DNA of 64,000 bases, taken from Hemiscyllium ocellatum. Taxonomy: Eukaryota. Position numbers and translations under genes: made by a program. The notes beneath the pieces are model-generated. The model was not told the origin of the DNA. It saw only the letters and a list, made by a program, of their open reading frames with translations, and did no database searches. Below are positions 1 through 12,960 of this stretch, in pieces. Numbering within the stretch: the first letter of the stretch is position 1; each line of letters begins with the position of its first letter. The DNA lies in NCBI RefSeq assembly GCF_020745735.1, contig NC_083404.1, positions 58,651,731 through 58,715,730 on the forward strand, given 5' to 3'.

Positions 1-860
1 CTGCCAACAAGTTCATTACCTATCCCCAATTGTCCCCAATTCCATGTACTCTAACCTTACATGCTAATCTCTTATGTGGAACCATGTCAAAAGCCCTTCT
101 GAAAGTTTAAATAAACAACATCCACTGGCTCCTTCTCATCAAGTCTGAGTCATATCTTCAAAGAAGTCCAATAGATTTGTCAAGCATAATTTCCCTTTTG
201 TTAATCCATGCTATCTCTGTATGTTCCTGGTCATTGGTTTCCTAGTGCTCTGCTATTTCATCTTTTATTATCGACTCCAGCATTTTTCTCACTACTGAAG
301 TCTGACTCACCAATCTGTAATTCCCAATTTTTCTCTGCTTTTTCCCTTAAATAGAGTCATACTAGCTACTCTTCAGTTTGTAGAAATGTTTCCAGAGCCT
401 ATAGACCCTTAGGAGATGACCACCAATGAATCCACTATTTCTAGGACCACTTAAGTACTCTGGGATGTGAATTATTGGGCCCTGAGTATTTATCATCCTT
501 CAATCCCATCAATTTCCCCATGCCATTTACCTACTAATATTGATTTCTTCCAGTTCCTCCCTCTCACTATTTCTTATGTTCCCCAACATCTTTGTGTTAT
601 TTGTTTCCTCCCTTGTAAACACAGAACCAAGGTATGTATTTATTTAGTTAGTCAGCCATTTCTTTGCTCCAATTATAAATTCCCCCATTTCTCACTGGAA
701 AGGATCTGTATCTGTCATCACTAATCTTCTTCTCTTCACATACCTATAGAAACTTGTGCAGTCAGTTTGTATGTTCCTGCAAGCTTACTCTTGTACTCTA
801 TTTTCCCTTTATTAATTAATCCCTTTGTCCTCCTTTTGCTGAATTGTAAACTGCTACTAT
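1..860 (-). mobile_element. Decayed CR1 LINE ORF2 (RT N-terminal region)
   Basis: Minus strand shows the CR1-type '(D)FQK.FD' motif near 85-110 and similarity to other CR1 copies in the window. Confidence 0.7.
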
Positions 861-864
861 TCAT

Positions 865-1027
865 AGAATTTCGTAAAATCCCATCAAATTCATACCGACC
901 CTCCAAAGAGCATGCCTACCTACCCCAGTAGCCCTGCATTTTGCACTGCTAGCCCACCTGTCCCAGGACACAGGGTAATTTAGCATGGCCAATCCACCTA
1001 ACCTGCACACCTTTGGACTGTGGGAGG
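865..1027 (-). mobile_element. V-SINE (HE1-like) 3' fragment
   Basis: 'gggtaatttagcatggccaatccacctaacctgcacacctttggactgtgggagg' is shared with the full copies at 27390 and 54310. Confidence 0.75.
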
Positions 1028-1403
1028 TATGTTGTTTTCTGGCCAATTTGTGTCTTTTCCTGGGATCAAATACTATATCTAATTTCCCTTGTAAGCCATG
1101 GCTTGGCCAGCTTTTCCTGTTTTATTTCTGCACCAGACAGGAATGACCGATTCTTGCAGTTCTGTCATATGTTTCCCTTGAATGTTTGTAATTGCCTTTC
1201 CACTGTAATTCCCATTAAGGAACATAGCATAAGAACTAACTATTATAACCAAGTTGGTCTTCATTGCTAGAGGGTCTGATTACAGAATCAAGGAAGTTTT
1301 ACTCCAGCTGTACAGGGCCTTGATGAGACCACACCTAGAGTAGTTTATGCACTTTTAGTCTCCTTACCTCAGAACAGGTATAATTGCCATTAGAGGAATT
1401 ACT

Positions 1404-1517
1404 AGGAGAAAGTGGGGACTGCAGATGCTGGAGATCAGAGCTTAAAAATGTGTTGCTGGAAAAGCACAGCAGGTTAAGCAGCATCAAAGGAACAGGAGAA
1501 TCGACATTTAGGGCATA
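1404..1517 (-). mobile_element. Short PLE (Neptune-like) pLTR/tail fragment inserted in a CR1 fragment (about 1255-1560, +)
   Basis: Same 'gaaagtg.ggactgcagatgctggagatcagagc' end as the 51004 and 55503 elements; TSD aattact (1397-1403 / 1518-1524). Confidence 0.75.
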
Positions 1518-2282
1518 AATTACTGTAAAGGTTGACCAGACTGATTCCTAGGCTTGCTTTTTCTGCACTGGACCTCTAGCCAACATCACTTGGGAACCAC
1601 AATGGCTGCCATGCTCCTCACTGTGCCATCACTGTTGCTGCCTTATGTGAAACTGAAACCCTGACATAATCTGGACAGGTTGTTTCTGTAATTCTTACAT
1701 ATATAAAGCTTAACCTGATTTTAAGGTAAAAAGTCCCTTTTACTTAAACTATTTTATAATCAACCTGATCAAAGATGTTATTATACATCATGGAAATGGT
1801 AGGACTTGAACCTGGGCCTCATGGCTCAAAAGTTGGGATACTACTGCACCAGCCCCCTCAAAAGGACCCGTTAGTGTCAGGTGTTATTTCAATCAGCTGA
1901 ATAATAACTGATTATTTTATTGAGTATTTGTTTGTTTGAAATTCATTTTGCAGTTGTTCATGTTGCGTCTGGCTATTGATTCTCCTTTAAAACTTGTTTT
2001 GGGCTACGTGTACATAGCCAAGCGAAATAGCCAGCCATACAATCCATTAAACCGATGCTACTGTATTTATCTCCAGCAGAAACCAAATGTGAAGGCTTGT
2101 AATTTACTTACTCCTATAACTAATAATTATTTTCTCTCTAAATCTAAGTGGATATAAAACATTTTAGTGCAAATCCTGCTTCCTATATATTCAACATAGA
2201 TGGAAATATATAATACAATAGTCAGTTATAATAATTAAAGAAATACCACTGAGCTGTTTCTTTTCATTATTTTTCCTTGTAG

Positions 2283-2393
2283 GAAACTTTTAAAATTTGT
2301 GCACGGGCTATTCTCTTGGAGATTCTTCTTGCAGATGGGAAAAAGCTTCTGATTGACACCCACACAACTCACTCAGCAGAGCGGATGTTGGAG
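2283..2393 (+). CDS. SNX31: Sorting nexin 31 internal coding exon (start of FERM F1): ETFKICARAILLEILLADGKKLLIDTHTTHSAERMLE
   Basis: Polypyrimidine tract + AG (2281-82), GTAAAT donor at 2394; 111 bp, phase 0/0. Resembles recalled SNX31 'TFDI...LDIFL...TSDTAERVLE'. Confidence 0.88.
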
Positions 2394-2534
2394 GTAAATT
2401 TTCTCATTGAACTCTGTTAGCCTCCAACTCTCTCAAAGCAGTGCATATTGTTCTAACAGAAGAGGTCAAGCAATTGTTTGACATAGTCTCATGACTGTTT
2501 TATATTGCACAACAAATGCCCATATTCTCTCTGG

Positions 2535-2735
2535 TCCCTATTAAGGGAGCACTGCTATTTAAGATGAAAAGTTGAATTGAAGTCCTGCTGCGCTATTTCA
2601 ATGATGTGAAAGATCTTTTGACTTTACTTTTGTGAAGTGCAGGGAATGTTAACTCCCAAAGTCCTGGCTAATAGTTATTATTCAACCAGCATTAGTGAAG
2701 CACATTATCTGATCATTGTTTATGGAACATTTACA
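2535..2735 (+). mobile_element. Ancient DeuSINE (SacSINE1/AmnSINE1-like) remnant
   Basis: Degenerate match to the recalled Deu domain ('gatgtgaaagatc...gtcctggctaata.ttatt..tcaacca.cat...gattatctg.tcatt'). Confidence 0.55.
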
Positions 2736-3524
2736 TTTTATTTAAAAAAAAGTAAAATCCAAATGGACGACATTCAGCCCATCATGTCTGTTATGCTGAA
2801 AAGAAAAAGCTATCAGTCAAATCTAATTTTTAAGTTCTTGTTCTACAGCCTTGCAAGTTATAGTACTTAGAATTACTCCTGGTAGTTTTCAAGTAGTAAG
2901 TTTTTAATCCCCACTACTTCTTCCTGAAAACATTCTTCTCAACTTTCCTTCAATCTGCCCATGAATTTCTCAAAGACTGTGCCTACTCTTAATTGATGTC
3001 ACCATCAATGGGAATAGCTCCTTATCCACTTTATCTGGGTGCCTCATCAGTTTATACACTTTAATTAAATCTTACCCTCCTTTGTTTCAAAGGAAGGAAA
3101 ATGTGATATATCTAATCTTTTCCCTCGAGTTAACATTTCTTCAGTCTCTTGTTGGAGATGGTCATTGTTTGGCATGAAGATTATTTACCACTTATTCCAA
3201 ACTGGTCTGGTGGTCAGCTTTCCTTGCTTGTGGGTATGAATTGCTTCAGTACCTGAGCAGTTGTTAATGGTAATAACACTGCATAATTATCAATGAACTT
3301 TTGAATTAAGAATAGAATTTTGGAGACACTCAGGTCTGGCAGCAACTGTTGAAAGAGAAACAGATAAACTTTCAAGCCCAATGTGACCCTTCAACAAAAC
3401 TGAAGCTCTTATGATGAAGGGAAAGTAATTAATGAAACAGATAAAGGAACCGTAAGATGCTGATCTGAAGAACAGTAATGTCATGTGATTGAGATAATTG
3501 ACCTTCAACAATCACAACCACTTT

Positions 3525-4216
3525 CCACAGGAGAAGTTTCCGATTATAGCTGTACTTCGGGAGGACATTCCTGGGAATATGCACAGGCAAGTTTTTTGGG
3601 TGGAACTGGGAAATAAGAAAGGGATGATCACATCATTGGGATTGTACTATAGACGTCCCAACGGTCAGTGGGAAATTGAGAAACGAATTTAGATTTAGAT
3701 CTAAAGAAATCTCAGATGTTATCTGTAAGAATAATAGGGTGGTAATGGTGGGGTTTTTAACTTACCAGACATAGATGGAGAGGACTTGGTTAAGTGTGTA
3801 CAAGACAATTTTCTGATTCAGTATGTGGATACATCTACTTGAGAAGGTGCAAAGCATGACCTACTCTTGAGAAATAGGACAGGGCAAGTAACTGAGGTGT
3901 CACTGGGGGAGCACTTTGGGGTCAGCGACCATAATTCTATTAGTTTTAAAATAGTGATGGAAAAGGATAGACTGGATGTAAAAGTTGAAGTTCAACTTTG
4001 ACAGTATTAGGCAAAACTCTCTCAAATTGATTGGGTGCAGATGTTTGCAGGTAGAGAGGTGGCTGGAAAATGGGGAGCCTTAAAAAATGAGATAACGAGT
4101 TCAGAAACAGTATATTCCTTTTTAGGGTGAAAAGAAAGGCTGGTAGGTATAGGAATGCTAGCTGACTAGAGAAATTGAGGTTTTCTTCAGGAAAAAGAAG
4201 GAAGCATATATCTGGT
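3525..4216 (+). mobile_element. CR1 LINE ORF2 fragment (AP-endonuclease region)
   Basis: 'WVELGNKKG...LGLYYRRPN' (ORF 3498) and a downstream 'GEHFGVSDHNSI' motif. Confidence 0.8.
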
Positions 4217-5815
4217 ATTCAAAGTTTGTGAGAAGATTTGTAGCTCGGGCGCTCGTTGTTGTGGTTCTGTTCGCCGAGCTGGGAATTTGTGTTGCAAATG
4301 TTTCGTCCCCTGTCTAGGTGACATCCTCAGTGCTTGGGAGCCTCCTGTGAGGCGCTTATGTGATCTTTCCTCTGGCATTTGTAGTGGTTTGAATCTGCCG
4401 CTTCCGGTTGTCGGGTCCAGGTCGATGTGCTTACAGATTTGAATCTGTGGATGAATGCTATGCCTCTAGGAATTCCCGGGCTGTTCTCTGTTTGGCTTGT
4501 CCTATAATAGCAGTGTTGGCCCAGTCAAATTTATGTTGCCTGTCATCTGCGTGTGTGGCTACCAAGGATAACTGGTTGTGTCATTTCATGGCTAGTTGGT
4601 GTTCATGGATGCGGATTGTTAGCTGTCTTCCTATTTGTCCTATGTAGTGTTTTGTGCAGTCCTTGTATGGGATTTTGTATATTACATTGATTTTGCTCAT
4701 GCTGGGTATCGGGTCCTTCATTCTGGTGAGATGTTGTCAGAGAGTGTATGTTGGTTTGTGTGCTGTTATGAGTCCTCGTGGTCACAGTAGTCTGGCTGTC
4801 AGTTCGGAAATGCTCTTGATGTATGGTAGTGTGGCTAGGCCTTTGGGTTGCGGCATGTTCTCGTTCCGTTGCCTTTCCCTTAGGCATCTGTTGATGAAAT
4901 TGCGCTGGTATCTGATTTGGGGAGTACATTGTAGAGGTGGTGTTCTTCCTCTTTTAGCAGTTCTGGTGTACTGCAATGTGTTGTGGCTCTTTTTTGAATA
5001 GTGTTTTGATGCAACTTCTTTTGTGTGTATTGGGGTGGTTGCTTTTGTAGTTCAAGACTTGGTCTGTGTGTGAGGCTTTCCTGTATACCTTTGTGGTGAA
5101 TTCTCCGTTGGGTGTTCTCTGTACCATCACGTCTAGGAATGGGAGTTGGTTGCCCTTTTCTTCCTCTCTAGTGAATCGGATTCCTGTGAGTGTGGCATTG
5201 ATGGTCTGGTGTGTGTTCTCTCTTTCTGTGTTTTTAATGATTACAAAGGTGTCATCCACATATCTGACCCAGAGTTTGGGTTAAATTTGTGGTAAGACTG
5301 TTTGTTCTAATCTTTGCATTACTGCCTCTGCTATGAGTCCAGAGATGGGTGAGCCCATGGGTGTTCTGTTGATTTGCTCATATATTTGGTTGTTGAATGT
5401 GAAGTGTGTTGTGAGGCACAGGTTCAGTAGTTTGAGTATACCATCTTTTGTTGATAGGTTCAACGTCCTGTTGTCTGTTCTGTATGTCCAGCAGGTTGGC
5501 TATTGTTTCTCTGGCTAGGGTTTTGTCGATTAGAGATGAACAGTGCCATTACATTGAATGAGACCATGGTTTCTTCCTTGTCTATGTGTATATTTCTGAT
5601 GTCCAAGAATTCCTGTGTTGATTGTATAGAGTGTCTGAATCCGCTGACCTAAAGTGCACAAACCAGACATCCCACTCAGACCCATTGTATCACTACCAGG
5701 GCACTGTTCACCTCTATCAACAAAACCCTAGCCAGAGAAACAATAGCCAACCTGCTGGACGTACAGAACAGACAACAGGACGTTGAACCTATCAACAAAG
5801 ACAGCATACTCAAAT
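4217..5815 (-). mobile_element. Penelope-like element (Poseidon/Penelope type), 5'-truncated and frameshifted, with an inverted 5' piece (5651-5815)
   Basis: Minus-strand RT motifs 'TPMGSPISG', 'YVDDTFVII', 'LPFLDV', 'VYRK.SHTD'; GIY-YIG 'NVIYKIPYKDCTKHYIGQ' near 4625-4690; 5701-5815 is an inverted copy of about 5432-5547. Confidence 0.9.
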
Positions 5816-6610
5816 ACTCCCTTGGACCTTATCATTAAGTGTACAAGTCCTGCTAAGATCTGTTTTCCCAAAAATGCAGCACCTCACATTTATCTAAATT
5901 AAGCTCCATCTGCCACTCCTCAGCCACTGACCCATCTGATAAAGCCCCCATTGTAATCTGAGGTAACCTTTTTCGTTGTCCGCTACACCTCCAATTTTGC
6001 CATCTGCAAACTAACTTACTATACCTCCTGTGTTCACATCCAAATCAGTTATATTAATTACAAAATGTAGTGGACCCAGCACCGATCCTTGTGGCACTCC
6101 ACTGGTCACAGGCCTCCTCCACCATCCTCTGTCTTCTATCTTTTTGAGGGAGTTCTGTATCAAAATAGCAAGTTCTTCGTGTATTCCCATGAGATCTAAC
6201 CTTGCTAACCCATCTCCTATGGGGTAACCTTGTTGAATGCCTTACTGAAGTCCATATGAATCACATCCACCGCTTTGCACTTATCAATCCTCATTGTTAC
6301 TTCTTCGAAAAAATGTAATCAAGCTTGTGAGACATGATTTCCCATGCACAAAGCCATGTTGACTATCCTTAATCAGTCCTTGCCTTTCCAAATATGTGTA
6401 AATCCTGTTGGACTCCCTCCAACAATTTACCTACCACTGACGTCAGGCCCAACAGTCTATAGTTTCCTGGCTTGTTCTTACTACCTTTCTTAAACAGTGG
6501 CACCACGTTAGCCAACCTCCAGTCTTCCGACACCTCACCTGTGACTATCGATGATACAAATATCTCAGCAAGGGGCCAAGCAATCACTTCCCTAGCTTCC
6601 CATAGAGTTG
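5815..6610 (-). mobile_element. CR1 LINE ORF2 RT fragment
   Basis: 'EDWRLANVVPLFKKG.K..PGNYR..LTSVVGKLLE' and '[14 protein letters not shown]' on the minus strand. Confidence 0.85.
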
Positions 6611-6631
6611 GCAAAACTTTCCATTGTTTTG

Positions 6632-6755
6632 ATGATTTGGAGGTGCTGGTGTTGGACTGCATGAACAAAGTTTACAATTCACACACCAGGTTATATTCCA
6701 ACAGGTTTATTTGGAAGCACTAACTTTGGAGCACTGCTCCTTCACCAGATGGTGG
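6632..6755 (-). mobile_element. PLE pLTR fragment of the AGCT-hammerhead family (degenerate ribozyme)
   Basis: Homologous to 49274-49395 and 35640-35774. Confidence 0.7.
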
Positions 6756-8029
6756 TTTACTGGGCACTAAGTGATCAGATTGGATTTGCCTTTTTTTTTG
6801 GGCCGCACATTCCTGGGCAGTTGTGTACATTGTCAGAGGCGTCAGCAAAAGCTGATCACGAGACAGGCATGGAATAAGTGGCAAATAATTGGTGCCAAGC
6901 AAGTCCTGTGCAGAGACTTAGATTCTCTCCAATAAGAGAAAATCTTCCTTTTTTAGATGGTTAACCATGACTGAATCACCTGTCAATGTCCTGGAACATT
7001 AATTGGACCAGGCATATATATTCTGTGGTAACAAGTAGATCAGAACCTGGAAAAACTGCATTGGGTAATTTTGCCTCTCGACTTCCCATTGCTTTGTAGT
7101 GGTTAAACAGACACTAGTTAGCAGTACTTTACTTTCCTCTGTTCAATAGTTCAAAACCATCCAGATATAGCTAGTTTGACATCATTTTCACCACCTTTTA
7201 AATATTCACTCCCTCCATCACCAGTGTTCTTTGGGATCATGTGTATCATCTACAAGGTGCACCAAAGCTCCACAACAAGCCTCCTTTTGATAGTACCATC
7301 CAAATCTACAATCTATCCTACCTCGAAGGACTAGGAGTGCAGGGCACATGTAAAAAAAACATGCAAGTTCACCTTTTAAAGTTGCAGACTATCCTGAGTT
7401 CAAACTATCACCATTCCTTTATAGTCTGGATCAAAATGCTAGAATTCCTTTCTTAACAGCATTGTGGGTGTATCTGAAACAGACGGATGGCAGCAGTTCA
7501 AATGGTTGGTTCAGCACCACCTTCTTGGGCAATTAAAGATGGTAAATAAATGCATGTTTTGCTAGAGAAGCTGAAATCTGAAGAAAGAAAATAAGAGGAC
7601 CTCCATGCGTGCTCATTTCATGCCTCTGCTAATAAAGGAAAGTATTCTATGTGTGTTGTTCTTCACCTTTTTAACAAGCTTTCCAGCTTCCTTCAGAGTA
7701 CACTCTCAAAAGGTCCTTTTTGATCCACGTTCTTAATTGCCCTTGAACTAAGTGGACCATTGGCACTTCATAGCCACATGGCTGTGGGCCTTGAGTTGCA
7801 TGTGGTCCAGGTCAGATAAGGTTGGCAGATTTCCTTCTCTAAAGTCAAAATGCAATGCATCTGTCAGCATGGTTCTATAAATCATGCCAATTAATGTGCT
7901 AGAGTTCTTTTGAAGATATAACTAGCACAGAGGATAATGGGGGGGGGGGGGGGGGGGAGGGGAATCCTGCAGACATAATGTCTGGACTTCCAGCAGGCAT
8001 TTGATAAGGTGCTGTACAAAGTGGCAATA

Positions 8030-9110
8030 CACAGACTAAGATTCCAGCAAAACTCGGATCAACAGGTATGAGGGGGCAAACTCTCCAGCGGTTGGAGTCA
8101 TAACTGACACTTGGGAAGATGGGCATGGTTGTTGGAAGTCAGACATCTCTACTCCAGGACATCTTCACAGGAGTTCTTCAGGGCAGTGCCTTTGGTCCAA
8201 CCATCTTCAGCTGATTCTTCAATGACCTTCCCTTCATCCTCAGATCAGAAGCGGGAAGGTTCACCAGTGATTGCACAAATGTTCAGTACCATTCACAACT
8301 CCTCAGATACTGAATCAAGTTCAAATGCAACAAGATCTGGACAATATCCAGGCCTGAGCTGATATGATGGTCATAGCCACTTGAATGAGAACAATCTAAC
8401 CATCTCTCCACTTAGCACTCAACGGTGTTACCATCACTGAATCCTCCCACTATCAATATGCTGGGGTTATAATTGACCAAAAACTCGATTGGACTCGCAA
8501 CATAAACAGTGGCTACAATGTCCGTTCAGAAGCTAGGAATACAGTGGCAAGTTGCTCTCCTCCTGATGACTCAAAGCCTGTCCATCATTTACAAGGCACA
8601 AGTCAGGAGTGTGATAGAGTACTCCCCACTTGCCTGGATGAGTGCAGCCCCAACAACATACTAGAAGCTTGACATCATCCAGGTCAAAGCAGCCTGCTTG
8701 ATTGGCACAATACTCTTAAACAACCACCAATGCTTAGCAGCAGCAGTGTATACTCTCTACAAGATGCACCGCAGAAATTCACCAAAGATCCTCTGACTCA
8801 CCTTCAAAACCCACGGCCATATCTATCTAGAAGGATAAGAGCAGCACATATATGGGAACACCACCACCTTCAAGTTCTCCTCCAGACCACTCACCATCCT
8901 GACTTGGAAATATAATCGAGTTCCTTCACTGTCACTGGATCAAAATCCTGGAATTCCATCCATAATGGCATTGTGGGTCAACCTGCAGCAGGCAGACTGC
9001 AGTGATTCAAGAAGGCAGTTCACCATCACCACCACCTTTTAAAGGCAACTAGGGATGAGAAATAAATGCCAGCCAGCCAGTGATGTCCATATACCACAAA
9101 TGAATGGGAA
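8030..9110 (+). mobile_element. LINE of a second CR1/L2-group family (RT to 3' end), nested in an older CR1 (about 7890-8030 and 9110-9560)
   Basis: 'QG.S.FGPTIFS.F.NDLP' RT motif; 3' tail 'ggcaactagggatg..aaataaatgc..gcc.agccagtgatg.cca' also at 7530-7590; the flanks rejoin as one CR1 RT. Confidence 0.75.
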
Positions 9111-10247
9111 AATAAATTGCATGGGATAAAGGGTTAAAAATTGACTTTGATAAAGGATTGGCTTTATCAAAGCAGAGGGTGGGGATAAATGGGTCTTTTT
9201 TTTTGGTATTCCACCAGTTACCGCTTGTCTACCAATGTGTTCAGTCTTCCTGCCCCAGCTATTTATGTTCTATATGAATGACTTGGATGCAGAGATAGAA
9301 GGTACAATAGCCAAATTTGTAAGCAATGTAAAATAGGCAGAAAGGGTTGTAAATCTGTGGAATTCAATATCTGAGTGCATTTGAGGCCAGAACACTGAAT
9401 AAAGTTTGAGGAGATAGACAGATTTTTTACTTGGTAATGGATTGAAGGGTTATGGGGAATGGACAGGAATGTAGATTTGAGATGGAGATGAGATCAGCGT
9501 AATCACATGAAATAGTAGAGCAGGCTTGAGAGGCTGAATTGTCCACTCCTGATCCTAGTTCATGTCATTTATATTCCCAGAGTATTAGCCAGAGCTGCCT
9601 CGATTACTAGTGCAGTGGCAATATTACAATGCCACCATATCCCTTTGTTTATGCCTACTTGCATTTTTGGAAGGTGTATGTTTAGGTGACTATATGGAAT
9701 TTAGTTATCAATTGTCCTGTTTTAAATTAAAAATCTGAAATAAACAATGATTTTCAACTTCATGACAAGATCTATCAACAGTTCAATTATTTAAGTGAGA
9801 CATTCTTTAGAAAAAGCACGTGTTCAGCTCCTAGTGGAGAAGCAAAAATGTGGGTAAAACTGCTATCTAAGGAAGTGGAGCTGTGCCACACAAATTGGGT
9901 ATAGCTGACCCATGTCATGGCAGAAATTGGGCTGCTTCAGTAGGCCTGGGAGTCTCTTGACAAGGTGCAGACAGCAGTTCTGGAATAGTCCTGATTGTGT
10001 ACTGCCAGGGAGGAGGAGAGGGAGGGCAAGTTGAAATAATTTACTGCAAGAAAAGCATCTTGGTTTCTTCATTAAGCAAATATTTTTTGGCATTTAATGG
10101 ATATGAACTTTTCTAGTCAGGTTGCCCCAGTGGGATTTAATGTAATGTGAAAAAACAAAATGATTGTTTTATTCAAAGTTTGTGAGAAGATTTGTAGCTC
10201 GGGTGCTCGTTGTTGTGGTTCTGTTCGCCAAGCTGGGAGATTTTCTT

Positions 10248-10287
10248 GCAAACGTTTCGTCCCCTTTCTAGGTGACATCTTCAGTGC
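10248..10287 (-). ncRNA. Minimal type I hammerhead ribozyme motif (AACGTT family)
   Basis: GCA-CTGAAGA-T-GTCACC.TAGAAA.GGGGAC-GAAA-CGTT-TGC: stem I GCA/TGC, intact core, stem II, palindromic AACGTT, GUU triplet. Confidence 0.72.
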
Positions 10288-10567
10288 TTGGGAGCCTCCT
10301 GTGAAGCGCTTCTGTGCTGATTCCTCTGGCATTTATTCTGGTTTGAATCTGCCGCTTCCGGTTGTCAGTAGCTGTCCGCTGCAGTGGCCGGTATATAGGA
10401 TCTAGGTCGATGTGCCTGTTGATCGAATTCGTAGATGAGTGATTCAATTCGATCAACAAACACATCGACCTAGACCCTATATACCAGCCACTGCAGCGGA
10501 CAGCTACTGACAACCAGTATAAATGCCGGAGGAATCAGCACAGAAGCGCTTCACCGGAGGCTCCCAA

Positions 10568-10607
10568 GTACTGAAGATGTCACCTAGAAAGGGGCCGAAA
10601 CGTTTGC
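10568..10607 (+). ncRNA. Minimal type I hammerhead ribozyme motif (opposite-arm copy)
   Basis: GTA-CTGAAGA-T-GTCACCTAGAAAGGGGCC-GAAA-CGTT-TGC; one extra stem II mismatch. Confidence 0.6.
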
Positions 10608-10929
10608 AAGAAAAACTCCCAGCTCGGCGAACAGAACCACAACAATGATTATTTTATTTCGGAGCTGTGGGTAGACAGGTGTCCTATGCATTAGATAATT
10701 TCTGTCTGTCAAACTCTTGTCTTATTGCTCTGGCACATTCCAATTCTGATCTTTGAGGTAGCAAAGTACCTTTTGGGATATGGGATAGGGGGTGAGATTT
10801 CAGCAGTACGATAATGGCATAACCAAGTTAGTAATCCAAGGGCTCTGATAATGCTCTGGGTACATGGGTTCAAATCCTATAATGGCAGCTGATAGAATTG
10901 AATTAAATCGATATATTGTAACCAGAATT

Positions 10930-11222
10930 AGAATCCTAGAATCTCTAGAGTGCGGAAGCAGGTCATTTGGTCCATTGAGTCAACACCAACCCTCTGAAGA
11001 GCATTCCACCCTCCTACCTTATCTTTGGAACTCTGCATTTCCATGGCTGATCAACTTAACCTGTGTATCATTGGACTGTGGGAGGAAACAAGACACCAAG
11101 AAACCCATTCAGACATGGGGAGAACATGCAAACTCCAGCCAATCGAACCCAGGTCCCTGACACTGTTAGAGTAGAATATCCTTTATTGTCACCTTTTATT
11201 GCTAACCACTGAACCACCATGT
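10930..11222 (-). mobile_element. V-SINE (HE1-like), nested in another tRNA-SINE (about 10800-10910 and 11230-11462, +)
   Basis: V-domain and tRNA-head motifs on the minus strand; the host SINE has a 'gggttcaaatcc' B box and the tail of the second LINE family. Confidence 0.7.
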
Positions 11223-11584
11223 GACCCACTGAAAATTAGTCGCCCATGAAAATACTATCAATTGAAGTTTAAAGCCCATCCAGTTCATTAATGCCCTTTT
11301 TAGAGAAGGAAGTTTGCTACACCCTGTCTAGATTCACAGGAATGCAGTTGCCCAACAGCTGCCCTCTGCAAAGGCCTAAAAAGCTGCATGGTTCACAGAC
11401 ACTTAAGGATGGACATCAAATGCTGGACTAGCCAGCAATGCCTATGTCCTATGAAAAAGAATACATCACATCAAAGGTTTCAAAAAAAAAATAAGAGCTT
11501 GTGGTGTATTGGTTAACATATTGGAATCAATAAGGGATTGTCATCTATTATTTAATAAGCTTAAGTCAGTCATTTTCAAGTTGG

Positions 11585-11713
11585 AGAAAGTGAGGACTGC
11601 AGATACTGGTGAGGTAGTGTCAAAGGTGTGGTGCTAGAACAGTACAGCATGTCAGGCAGCATCCTGCTTCTTGGATGCTGCCTGACCTGTGCTTTTCCAG
11701 CCACACTTTTGAC
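11585..11713. mobile_element. Mini fold-back PLE derivative without ribozyme core
   Basis: Hairpin 'gtcaggcagcatcc...ggatgctgcctgac'; perfect 15-bp TSD tcattttcaagttgg (11570-11584 / 11714-11728). Confidence 0.85.
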
Positions 11714-11795
11714 TCATTTTCAAGTTGGTAAGATGTAACGAGTGGTGAGTCTCTGGGATCAGGACTGGGCTTTACTTATTTACAACCAATATTAG

Positions 11796-12960
11796 AGTCA
11801 TCGAGATGTACAACATGGAAACGGACCCTTCGGTTCAACCCGTCCATGCCAACCAGATATCCCGACCCAATCTAGTCCCACCTGCCAGCACCTGGCCTAT
11901 ATCCCTCCAAACCCTTCCTATTCATATACCCATCCAAATGCCTCAAATGTTGCAATTGTACCAGCCTCCTCCACATCCTCTGGCAGCTCATTCCATAAAC
12001 ATACCACTCTCTGCATGAAAAAGTTGCCCCTTAGGTCTCTTTTATATCTTTCCCCTCTCACCCTAAACCTCTCGCCCTCTCGTTCTGGACTCCGACCCCA
12101 GAGAAAAGACTTTGCCTATTTACCTTATCCATGCACCTCATAATTTTGTAAACCTCTATAAGGTCTCCCCTCAGGCTCCGCTCTAGGGAAAACAGCCCCA
12201 GCCAGTTCAGCCTCTCCCTGTAGCTCAAATCCTCCAACCCTGGCAACATCCTTGGAAATCTTTTCTGAACCCTTTCAAGGAGCTATGAACCTGCACTCCT
12301 AAGTCTTTGTTCAGCAACACTCCCTAGGACCTTACCATTAAGTGTGGGCAAGTTGTTGGTGGGAATCCTGAGGGACAGGATATTCATGTATTTGGAAAGG
12401 CAAGGACTGATTAGGGATAGTCAATATGGCTTTGTGCATGGGAAATCATGTCTCACAAACTCAATCGAGTTTTTTGAAGAAGTAGCAAAGAAGATTGAGG
12501 GCAGAGCAGTAGATGTGAACTATATGGACTTCAGTAAGGTATTCGACAAGGTTCCCCCTGGGAGACTGATTAGCAAGGTTAGATCTCATGGAATACTTGG
12601 AGAACTAGCCATTTGGATACAGAACTGGCTCAAAGGTAGAAGACTGATGGTGGTGGTGGAGGGTTGTTTTTCAGACTGGAGGCCTGTGACCAGTGGAGTG
12701 CCACAAGGATCGGTGCTGGGTCCACTACTTCTTGTCATTTACATAAATGATTTGGATGCGAGCATAAGAGGTACAGTTAGTAAGTTTGCAGATGACACCA
12801 AAACTGGAGGTGTAGTGGACAGTGAAGAGGGTTACCTCTGATTACAACAGGACCTGGACCAGATGGGCCAATGGGCTGAGAAGTGGCAGGTGGAGTTTAA
12901 TTCCGATAAATACAAGGTGCTGCATTTTGGGAAAGCAAATCTTAGCAGGAGTTATACACG
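11796..12960 (-). mobile_element. CR1 LINE insertion with 5' inversion: 3' part 11796-12342 (-), inverted RT part 12343-12960 (+)
   Basis: ORF 12344-12841 is CR1 RT ([24 protein letters not shown]); the two pieces are contiguous in CR1 sequence; TSD atattag (11789-11795 / 12961-12967). Confidence 0.88.

Larger units (their letters stand above)
10174..10643. mobile_element. Fold-back Poseidon-type PLE pLTR insertion
   Basis: Inverted arms about 10210-10429 and 10446-10645 with a 16-nt spacer; 15-bp TSD aatgatt(g/a)ttttatt (10159-10173 / 10644-10658); the left arm matches the 3' end of the PLE at 4217. Confidence 0.9.

Noticed and set aside
7939-7961. Poly-G run (also the C run near 29890 and GC boxes at 52437-52461) as regulatory elements
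   Set aside because: Simple low-complexity tracts, the first inside a decayed CR1; no CpG island or other promoter evidence.
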